This document shows, piece after piece, positions 23,736 to 32,000 of a DNA stretch of 32,000 nucleotides (position 1 is its first letter; each line of letters opens with the position of its first letter). Source of the DNA: Candidatus Kuenenia stuttgartensis (lineage in GTDB: Bacteria > Planctomycetota > Brocadiia > Brocadiales > Brocadiaceae). The position numbers and the translations under genes are program-made. The stretch is from assembly GCF_900232105.1 (NCBI RefSeq), contig NZ_LT934425.1, positions 1,770,001-1,802,000 of the forward strand. The letters are read 5' to 3'. The notes below the pieces were generated by a model. That model ran no database searches, was not told the DNA's origin, and worked only from the letters and a program-made list of their open reading frames with translations.

Positions 23736-25587
23736 GGATGTTCACCCCAAGTCAAAAAACAAAAGTGCCGTAAAAGCCTTATATTTATTGACTTTTACGC
23801 CGAACAGCAAGCTTTTTTCTAGTGACTACCCGTATGTTCCGGCTTGGCAATACTTCTGGCAACTTTATCTGTAATGCCTCTAATAATTCATGTGATTGTT
23901 GCCGCGGACGCGGGATCTTCTGGCAACTAGCTTTTTGGCCTTTGATTGTTACTTCCATCGAACAAATGGTCGTCAATTGTGCGAGACCTTCCTCTACCGT
24001 CAAGTCAAAATTCTTCCACGCTCTGCGCAGCCTTCGAATTATCATGTACGCAAGCATTACCACAAACACATGTCCCCGTGTACTATCCTCCTTTCTTACA
24101 TACACCGGACGAACCTCCAAATTCACCGTCTTACAGTCCCGAAACGCCTTCTCCACTTCCGTTAAATCCTTGTATCGTTCATGTACCAGATTGGTATCCG
24201 CCTCGTTCTCCTCAAGATCAGTCTTGATTGCGTAACAACCATCAAGGTATGATGCCTCCTTTAATGCTTCCTCATCTCTCTCTATCTTTAGCGTCCTATC
24301 CTCTTCTTTTATCTGCACCCACCCATCAAGTTTCAATCTCGTTAGCCTTTCCCTTGTTGTTTCCAGTGCCTTCGATACTGACGACTTAGGATGTTCCTTC
24401 AGATAACTGTTCTTCTTCGCGATGTATTTCTCTATACTCTGTAATTTTGATACACGGGTCTTTGACATCTCTTCCGCCCTTACCGGATTGCGCCTCAGAA
24501 TATATCGAACCTCATCATCCTTTATCTCGCAGAGCTTTTCTTCGAACAATCCTAATTGCAGTATCCCTTTATTTATCAACGACTCTATCTGCGGCTTGGT
24601 TATCGCCGTTATGTAATGAAACCCTTCCGGTAAACTTTCGATTTGCACCGTCTTGATCATCCCACGATCTCCTACAATCGTTACATCTTTGCATCCAAAC
24701 CGCTCTAATACCTTCTTTACCTGAGATTCAAAGGTCTTCGGATCCTGGGTGTTGCCCCTAAATACTTCTGTTGATACCGGCTCCCCGGATTCATCACAAA
24801 GCATACCGATCACTATCTGTTTTTTCCTCTTTTTGCCGTCACGATTATACCCGTACTCACCAAAATGATTCGACTTCCCCTCTAAATAACTGCTCGTCAC
24901 GTCATACAAAAACAACTTCGGCTTATTGCCTCCTCGTCTTAACTCAAACAGCTTTCGCTCTATCTTTGCCTGATTCTCTGACAACCATGACAAATTATCG
25001 TACAGATTGTTCTCGTCAAACCCACGCTTCATATCCAGGACGTCACCCGCAGCATGTATCTGCGCCAGCCTTACTGCAGACAGTCTTGACCCCTGGCCTA
25101 TTACCCTTGCCATTACTTGCCAAAGCGCCAGCTTTCCTTCAAAGTCCTTTCCCAATGCCTCTTCTATCCCTAATTCCTTTGCCACTTGGTACACGCTCCA
25201 CGCTGCTCCCACAGACAAACCCTCATGGAGTTTCACCGATTCTGACAATGCGCCCAATGCACAGAGATCGTCTTTATGTGCGAGTGCAAGTCTTATCGCT
25301 TCAATCTCCAGGGGAGTGCAATTCGACAGATTCGCAATGGTGCGTTTCTTGACCTTCCCATCCTCACGGTACGATTCCCGCAGAAGGGTAGATCGATAGA
25401 TTTTTTTACCGGATTTTGACTTGTTCTCTACAATATGCATGTCCACCATTGTACAGATAACAACCATTATCCGTCAAGTATATTGTCGGATAATAACAAT
25501 ATATTAGTGACTACATATTTATTAAAAATACAGCCTTAACAAACTATGTATTAAGCACTTATGCGTTTTGGCAGGGGTGAACATCCG
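23736..25587 (-). mobile_element. Second IS1634-family element (1852 bp) inserted in the helicase-nuclease gene
   Basis: The ends are ggatgttcaccccaagtcaaaa (23736-) and the reverse complement of ...ttttggcaggggtgaacatccg (-25587), sharing a GGATGTTCACCCC core. A 7-bp direct repeat ATGCAAC lies at 23729-23735 and 25588-25594. Confidence 0.85.
23785..25467 (-). CDS. IS1634-family transposase (different lineage from the 578-aa one)
   Basis: 560-aa ORF. The likely true start is MHIVENKSKSGKKIYRSTLLRESYREDGKVKKRTIANLS at 25440, an IS1634-type N-terminus. A DDE region follows. Confidence 0.85.
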   Translation of the reverse strand: MVVICTMVDMHIVENKSKSGKKIYRSTLLRESYREDGKVKKRTIANLSNCTPLEIEAIRLALAHKDDLCALGALSESVKLHEGLSVGAAWSVYQVAKELGIEEALGKDFEGKLALWQVMARVIGQGSRLSAVRLAQIHAAGDVLDMKRGFDENNLYDNLSWLSENQAKIERKLFELRRGGNKPKLFLYDVTSSYLEGKSNHFGEYGYNRDGKKRKKQIVIGMLCDESGEPVSTEVFRGNTQDPKTFESQVKKVLERFGCKDVTIVGDRGMIKTVQIESLPEGFHYITAITKPQIESLINKGILQLGLFEEKLCEIKDDEVRYILRRNPVRAEEMSKTRVSKLQSIEKYIAKKNSYLKEHPKSSVSKALETTRERLTRLKLDGWVQIKEEDRTLKIERDEEALKEASYLDGCYAIKTDLEENEADTNLVHERYKDLTEVEKAFRDCKTVNLEVRPVYVRKEDSTRGHVFVVMLAYMIIRRLRRAWKNFDLTVEEGLAQLTTICSMEVTIKGQKASCQKIPRPRQQSHELLEALQIKLPEVLPSRNIRVVTRKKLAVRRKSQ

Positions 25588-27422
25588 ATGCAACATCAAT
25601 CTCAAACCAACTTTCAAATGGCGCGGGGGGATTTACAACTCGTCGATTATCTTGAAAGGTGCGCCGCTCAAGCTCATTACGCTCAATTCCTGCAATCTGT
25701 TGTGGTTTCGTGTTCTCGAAGAAACTAAGGAGTCGTCGACGAAGACAGGAGGCGCTGAGTTCGTCACAAGTGACAGAGTGGAACAAAATCATCTGGTCGC
25801 GGGCACGGCTGGCGGCAACATTGAACCGCCGTTCGTCCGAAGCCTTCGTTAGAGGGCCAATTCTTTCATTGTTGGCCGCAACAAGCGATAGCAACATAAT
25901 GTCTCGCTCATCACCCTGAAAACTGTATGGATTACCGCAGACCAAATGCCGCTGCTCCATTTCCTCGGCGCCCAACTGTTCAAGCAATTGGTTCTCAATC
26001 AAAGCCGCCTGTGCTTCGCCCTGAAGCACAACCACACCCATCGACTTGTCGTCATACCTGGTGTCGCCACACAGTTCGACGATCTTTTTAACGATGGCTT
26101 CGGCCTCAGGGCGATTGATCGTCCGGTTGTATGAACCTTCGCGATACCCTCCATTTACAAAAACAAGTTCAAGGGGAGCTAATCGGTTAGGCCCATATTG
26201 CCTCAAGGGAATCAACGGCGTATCTGAATAGCAAAGGTCATTGCTGAAACGAATAATCTCCGGCATGCAGCGGAAGTGCTCGCGTAGGGTAATTCGTTGC
26301 GTTCCATAGCGAAGTTTACCGTGATCAAACAGGCTGCTTTCGACATCGAATGACGACTTAAATTGGAAATCATGTAGGAATTCCTCCATCAAACGATGCA
26401 CGGCATCTCGAGGCAAGCCTACAGCAGCCGGGCTGATCTGCTTATCATCGCCAACAATTAATACCTTCTTGCCTAGATAAAATAGAGGAAGTGCCTCTAC
26501 TCCACATTGCGATGCCTCATCTATGATAATGACATCAAACATACCAGGTATGGGATCCACCGTGTCCCAAACTCGGTGGAGAGGCATAACCCATGCCGGA
26601 ACCGCCTCACGGCACTCATTGAGGTGCTGTTGAGCTTCACGCCTGTGGCGTGGCGCGTGTTTTCCTGTGCCTTTACCAAGCCGCCTCATAGACTGCTGCC
26701 AGGCTTCCATATGGCGTCGATGATTGCTATTGAGTCGGGAAAAGCAAAATGACCAGGCATGGAGCGAGGCGAGTTTAGCTATAATGGCGTTGATCTCGTC
26801 CTCGATCTGTTTGGCGTGCTTGGCGAGGGCAGGGATGTCCTCCTGCCGTATGTATTCCTCAATCCAATATTGCGCCTGCGCCCAATGCCAAGCGTTTCCA
26901 ATTTGTTGAAGTCGCTCATCCCAATATGGCTCGTCACAGGTTCGCATCAATTCATCCGTGAGACGTGGGAGTCGGTGGCTCATTTCCGAGAGGTATTCAT
27001 CCATCTTCTGAAGGCGCTGACGCTCCTTTTCCAATTCCTGAATCTTGCTCGCGGCATTCGCGAATCCATCTACATTGCGGTCACGAATCGCGTGTAGCAA
27101 TTCGTTCGTTACCGGATGTGCGTTGCCCATGGCGGCAACGTACGATACCGGAGCCTCAATGCTTTGTATTTCTTCAGCTACAAGCCGCTTGCGGAGACGG
27201 ATATGCGCAAGGCCGCATGACGCGATTATCCTTTCAACCTGAGATTCGTCAGCCCAAAAGGGTTCGCTTATAGCCTGAAACTGGCGTATGATCCCACGGC
27301 ATTCTCCAATGAGCGTTTCAAGCGACAAGGCATTTTCAAGAGCGTCACACAGTGATTTGAGCGCAGTCAATTGTAGAGCATAAGGGCCTTGAATCTTATC
27401 GGTTCGCCCCACCCAGAACCCC
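25588..27422 (-). pseudogene. Helicase-nuclease gene, piece 2 of 3: SF1 helicase motifs II-VI
   Basis: The ORF-track frame is 25559..27412. Its last 9 codons are IS-derived and its 'M' is a GTG. It carries VIIIDEASQ (II), LIVGDDKQISP (III), REHFRCMPEIIRFSN (IV), FQGDERDIMLLSLV (V) and RRFNVAASRARDQMILF (VI), as in the Upf1/DNA2-like AAA_11/AAA_12 type. Confidence 0.85.
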
Positions 27423-28806
27423 CATAAGCGCTAACTTGTTTTATTGACAAATTTTATTCATCATGGTATTTTTATGTTAATTATCCCGCTAATCACTCTA
27501 TAGGAGGATAAAGCCATGATGAGAGAAGATTGGGATCTTCTAAGAACTTTCTTCCCAAACGATTGGAAAAGTTTAGCCGTTGATACAAATGCTTTAAAAG
27601 GCTTGCGCAAGGATAAATCTGAAGAAAAGCTTCTTCGAACATTATTAATTCATTTAGGATGTGGCTATTCATTGCGTGAAACAGTAGTTCTAGCCAAGCG
27701 TGCTAACTTAGCAGATTTATCCGATGTTGCCTTATTAAAGCGATTAAAAAAGAGCAAAGAATGGCTATATAAATTATGTTTATCTTTATTCCGTGAGCGT
27801 GGCCTCCAAATTAATAAACGGAATAATTTTCATCTTCGCTTATTTGATGCAACAACAGTAAAGGAACCTGGGAAAACAGGAAGTCTTTGGCGCATTCATT
27901 ATAGTATTGAGGTTCCTTCATTATCTTGCGATTTCTTTAAACTTACGGGAACTGAAGGAGAAGGCACAGGAGAATCTTTTCGGCAGTTTCCGATGAAAAA
28001 AGATGATTATATTATAGCTGACAGAGGTTACTGTACTGGCCAAGGAATTCATCATGCAACAAGGAAAGGCGCTTATCTTAGCGTTAGAGTTAATTCGCAA
28101 TCTCTACGGATATTCGGCGAAGAAAAGAAACCCTTTCCTTTATTGAAAGAAATCCAATATTTAAAAAGACCCCTTGCTATAAAATCATGGAACGTTTTTA
28201 TTCCAAACGTTGATAATACTGAATATGTCAAAGGTCGTCTTTGTATAATACGCAAAACAGAAGAAGCCATTAAAATAGCTCATAAAAAACTTAAAAGACA
28301 TGCAAGCAAAAAGGGCATTGAACTAAAACCGGAGACCCTTATTTATGCCAAGTACGTAATAGTATTCACAACGTTTCCTGAAAATCAATTTACCGCTTTT
28401 GATATCTTAGAATGGTATCGAGTTCGATGGCAAATTGAACTGGTCTTTAAAAGATTTAAACAAATAGCACAATTTGGACACTTACCTAAATACGATGATG
28501 ATAGCTCAAAAGCTTGGCTTTATGGCAAACTATTCGTTGCTCTTTTGACAGAAAAACTAATAGATTTTGCTACGTCTTTTTCCCCCTGGGGATACTTCAT
28601 TGTCAAGCAAGAAGACTAAAAGCAAATGGCGTGAATTTGCTTTTATGCTTAATCAAGTAAAACGGGCTATAGAACCAGCGTTATCATTACAGGAAGTTCT
28701 TAAGTGCTGGAATGACATTGCTTGTTCTTTAGCAGAAAATACAAGAATCCGAAAAACACAGATATCAAAATACTTCGAGCATACCTAAAACAAGTTAGCG
28801 CTTATG
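27423..28806 (+). mobile_element. IS4-family insertion sequence (1384 bp) inserted in the helicase-nuclease gene
   Basis: It has perfect 21-bp terminal inverted repeats: cataagcgctaacttgtttta (27423-27443) and taaaacaagttagcgcttatg (28786-28806). An 11-bp direct repeat CCCAGAACCCC lies at 27412-27422 and 28807-28817. Confidence 0.9.
27516..28788 (+). CDS. IS4-family DDE transposase, with a frameshift near its 3' end
   Basis: The 367-aa ORF 27516..28619 carries DDE_Tnp_1-type motifs (LEWYRVRWQIELVFKRFKQ). The +1 frame is open from 28564 to 28788 (…SKWREFAFMLNQVKRAIEP…). The only homopolymer in the overlap is T5C5 at 28577-28586. Confidence 0.75.
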
Positions 28807-31114
28807 CCCAGAACCCCCACGCCTTCTCACACTCGATCCGGACATGCAATGCATCGGAAAGATTTGAAAAATGTTCGACAGCGGAACAAGACCGTCCTCC
28901 AATACGCACAGTCTTGATTACATGGAGGCGCTCTTTGACCTCTTTGGGCCGAAATGGGCCCCAACCCAGCTTCCCTCCACCCTCCATGTGCTCTTTCAGT
29001 TTTCTGGCATCTTCTCGTAGCGTACTGATATTGGTATTGTCTGGGAAAACAATACTTGTATTGTCAGCGATTGTGACTACAGTTTCGACTGATGCAATAG
29101 CATCTCCCGTGATACGGAAAAGCTCGCGCCACAAGGATGAATTACCTCCCAAGATATCGCGTAATGCATCTGCCATCCATGAATGGGGCGACGCCATCAT
29201 CCTTCTTCGTGCGTCGCGAAAATTGGAGAAAGCGTCACGAATCGTTTCGATGGTCGCGAAATTGCCCTTTGATATCAGATCGGCGATACGTTCATCTGCC
29301 CCGATTACCGAGTTGCTTTCGTCCTCAGTCGCTTTCACCTCGTTCTCAGCAAGATTGGCCAACTGTTCTGTGGAAGGCAAGGCATTTGGCCATTCAAGGC
29401 TCAATTCTTGACGCTTTTCTGGTGCAAAATAACGAATGTCCTCAAGAAAATCACGCAAATCGCTGGCGGATAACTGACAGGTCTTGTCCAAGGGGATGGT
29501 GTCCGCGAACCATTCGTAAACGCTTCTGTCACGGTTGACGGCCTCCGCTATTCGGGCTGCCGTACCTCGATATGTTCCGTCCGCAATGGATTGGGATTGG
29601 GTTTCGGATTCCCTGATATCGCGGAGCCGTCGATTAACCTTGGCTTTCTCCTGCCGGAGGCGTTGGAGTCGATCTTCTAGTTCCGTGCGCTCATGTTTAG
29701 CCCGATCCTCTTTCCATTCATCATTCTTGCGAAGTATGCCGCCGACGCTGGATTCCAAAGATCGCCGCTCCTCAAGACCGCTGCCAAGCAAGTTGATGCA
29801 GAGAGGGCGTAATTCTTTCGGGATAAGTCCTTCAAGTACCTGAAGAGCACGCGGCGTCTTGGCGGTGATAAGCGTTCGCTGGCCAGTGGCGAGCAAATGG
29901 CAAATGAGATTCGCGATAGTATGAGATTTTCCCGTACCGGGAGGCCCCTGCACAAGAACGCCATTTTCCGCACGAATCTTGTCAACGATACGTCGTTGAT
30001 CTTCGTTCGATGGCTTTGGGAAGAAAACTTCTCCATCGAATGCGCTGCTTGATTCTTCTAAACCATCGCCCGTTTCGTAGTCATTCTTGTTGGAAATCTC
30101 GGCAAGGTCCGCGAATAAGTCAGGGATACCTTCGGCATTTTCGATCCGCCCCTTGATCCGTTTCAAGGTTTCGGTAAGACCCTTTGCGGAGCGCTTTCGT
30201 AGGATCAAAGCGGGAGCATATTCGACAATTGGCTTCGCTGATGCACGGATGCTTTTCGCCGCCAAGGAGTCGTCATACTCACCTTGGGAGTCGATCGAAT
30301 GCACCAACGCCTTAAGCACGCTTTCAATGCCCCCTTTTTCCCATGGATCGTCTTCTTCTCCTGCCAACGAAGACTTCGCAGTTTCTTCGGCGCGCGGCGG
30401 TTGTTCCTCTACATCCAACATGTCGAATTCTGGCCGGAGTTTTGCCCCTTCGGTATGAGGCCGAACGGTGAATTTACCCAGATGAGCTTCAAACTCCAAA
30501 ATGGCATCCGCGACAACCAAGTGACGTCTGACGCGCTGCCCAGTGGGCGTCTGCCATGTAAGCAGACCCAACCCAAGTACGAGTTCGTATTCCTCGCCAA
30601 GCCTGAGTTGCTCTTGATGAATGGCAAAAAGCTCGGAATAGACACGGTGGATTTTTTCCCACGCATTGTGATCTTCCGTCCATGGTAGCCACTTGTCTTC
30701 AACATAACGTTCCCATGCCCGCAGAACTTCGGGATGTTCGCCAAGGCGTTCGGTGCGTGGCATGGTTTCCGGCTGATGCGATCCTTCGCGCCAGTCGGGA
30801 TTTTGGACTTGTTGGGTGATTTCCGGGAGGAGTTCCGGCAAATCACTCTTATTGCAGAGCGCCGACTGGTTAAGCCAGTCTCTGCATTGAATGGGAATGG
30901 CATGCAATTCTGGCTCGCGCCGGTTTTGCACTTCCAGCCATTCATCCATCTCATGTTCCTCATCGCTCCCCCATGCCTGCGTAAAGCACCCCCGCTCATG
31001 TGGAACGTTTGATACCCAAAGGACATTCTCGTATTCGGCAATGTCGCTGATCAGCTTCGCGCGAAGTAAAGCAAGTCGTGTCAAATAGTCGAGAAGCCTA
31101 ACGGCTTTCTGCAC
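28807..31114 (-). pseudogene. Helicase-nuclease gene, piece 1 of 3: N-terminal region plus Walker A
   Basis: The ORF-track frame is 28802..31114, with a GTG start and a last codon that is IS-derived. It carries VLVQGPPGTGKSHTIANLICHLLATGQRTLITAKT (motifs I/Ia), then a long coiled-coil-like insert. The frame stays open upstream to the IS boundary at 31150. Confidence 0.85.
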
Positions 31115-31150
31115 CCTATGGCTATCTGCCTGTTGATCGTTTAAGAGTTC

Positions 31151-32000
31151 CCTAGCGTGAGTTTATCACAAAATAAGGCATGAAGCAACGTAACATAAAT
31201 ACAGTCAATGCGTTAAGCACAACATCAATTGTATACACTGAGTCCTTGAAGTTTCAGCCGATGTTTGTGGAAATCCATAATGCCTAACGCATTCATCAAC
31301 AGAGATTCCTTGTCGGACATTTCTTCCAATTTGTAGGTAGCCTTAACTCTCCCTCTGGCCTTTGTTTCTTCAAGCATAGCAGAAAGCCTTATATTATTAA
31401 GGGTGTCTAACAGGGTATCTAACGTTCCACTAAATTGTGCGTGCGCTTTTGCCTGATACCACACAATCGCCGCCATTAGGTATCCGAGGACGCAAATAAA
31501 AAAATGCACCCTGATTTTCTGATCCGTCCAGTGAAATTGCGGTTTTAAAGCAAGGTGATAGGGGTTCTTGAGATTTCTAAAGGCATGTTCAATTTTTGAT
31601 TGCCCATAGTAGGCTTTTATAATGTCCGCGGTATCCCAATCGTGATGGTCTGTCATAAGAATCCTGAACCCCAGTTCCCCTTCTATTTCTTCGAGCTTTT
31701 TCTGGTCGATTGAAAAATTCAATTGAAACTTGCCTTCAGATACCTCTTTTAACGACCAATCGATAACATCCTTCGCAAATTGACATTTCACTACACTTCT
31801 TATCGTATCCTCCAGACCCTCTTTGTCCCGCATCTTTCCCTTTGGATTACACAGATGCTGCTGTAAGAGCTTTAACTGATGTTCTGCCTTTTCCAGAGAC
31901 TGAGACATTCCCCTTAATTGCCCAACCTTTAATTTCTCGGAAATAAATACGACAACGGTTCTTTCCTGCCCCCAAATAACCCGTTTGTCATGGTACACCT
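31151..32000 (-). mobile_element. IS1634-family insertion sequence, copy 2 (inverted, runs off the window)
   Basis: From 31151, ctagcgtgagtttatcacaaaataaggcatgaagcaacgtaacataaatacag... matches the reverse complement of the right end of copy 1 (15660-15752). Confidence 0.9.
31225..32000 (-). CDS. IS1634-family transposase, C-terminal part (copy 2, partial)
   Basis: The ORF-track ORF 31225..31998 matches the last 257 residues of the 578-aa transposase at 13943..15679 exactly, apart from its artificial first M. Confidence 0.9.
   Translation of the reverse strand, partial: VYHDKRVIWGQERTVVVFISEKLKVGQLRGMSQSLEKAEHQLKLLQQHLCNPKGKMRDKEGLEDTIRSVVKCQFAKDVIDWSLKEVSEGKFQLNFSIDQKKLEEIEGELGFRILMTDHHDWDTADIIKAYYGQSKIEHAFRNLKNPYHLALKPQFHWTDQKIRVHFFICVLGYLMAAIVWYQAKAHAQFSGTLDTLLDTLNNIRLSAMLEETKARGRVKATYKLEEMSDKESLLMNALGIMDFHKHRLKLQGLSVYN

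Noticed and set aside
28722-30688. Plus-strand ORFs of 100-229 aa (28722..29411, 29137..29538, 30284..30688 and others), and the minus-strand out-of-frame ORFs 29677..30036, 30409..31041 and 30489..30692.
   Set aside because: They are shadow frames of the GC-rich helicase gene. GC-rich coding DNA is poor in stop codons in its other frames, and no motifs are present.

Overview
The window has two halves. No rRNA, tRNA or CRISPR array was recognised. All domain and family names come from motifs read by eye. No database search was run.

(1) Positions 1-13.3 kb are an ordinary housekeeping block, all on the minus strand. The gene order is pyrG (cut by the window edge), kdsB, a radical-SAM protein, rodA, mrdA (PBP2), mreD, mreC, mreB, lnt, moeA. 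A plus-strand lipoprotein follows. Only small palindromic or tandem repeats interrupt this block.

(2) Positions 13.5-32 kb are a heavily decayed, compositionally mosaic accessory island. Two inverted copies of one IS1634-family element bracket it (13741-15752, and 31151 to the window end).
- A Tn5-like IS4-family transposase is translationally coupled to a frameshifted DUF4338 (DruA-like) ORF.
- A P-type ATPase 3' fragment sits between two direct copies of a hairpin repeat.
- From 18.9 to 23.3 kb there is a run of small minus-strand genes. It holds truncated brnT plus brnA, hicB plus truncated hicA, small hypothetical ORFs, a membrane zinc-ribbon protein, and an NDT-like pseudogene next to an AT-rich SIR2-like gene.
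- At least two structured 72-73 bp sites in that run look like integron attC sites. No integrase is present.
- A ~1473-codon SF1 helicase with a C-terminal DUF559/Vsr-like nuclease can be rebuilt exactly from three pieces. The pieces are separated by an IS1634-family insertion (7-bp target duplication) and an IS4-family insertion (11-bp target duplication).

The most interesting candidates are the NDT-like/SIR2-like pair inside the attC-like cassette array, the helicase-nuclease hit by several IS elements, and a hairpin repeat family that sits at gene-fragment junctions.
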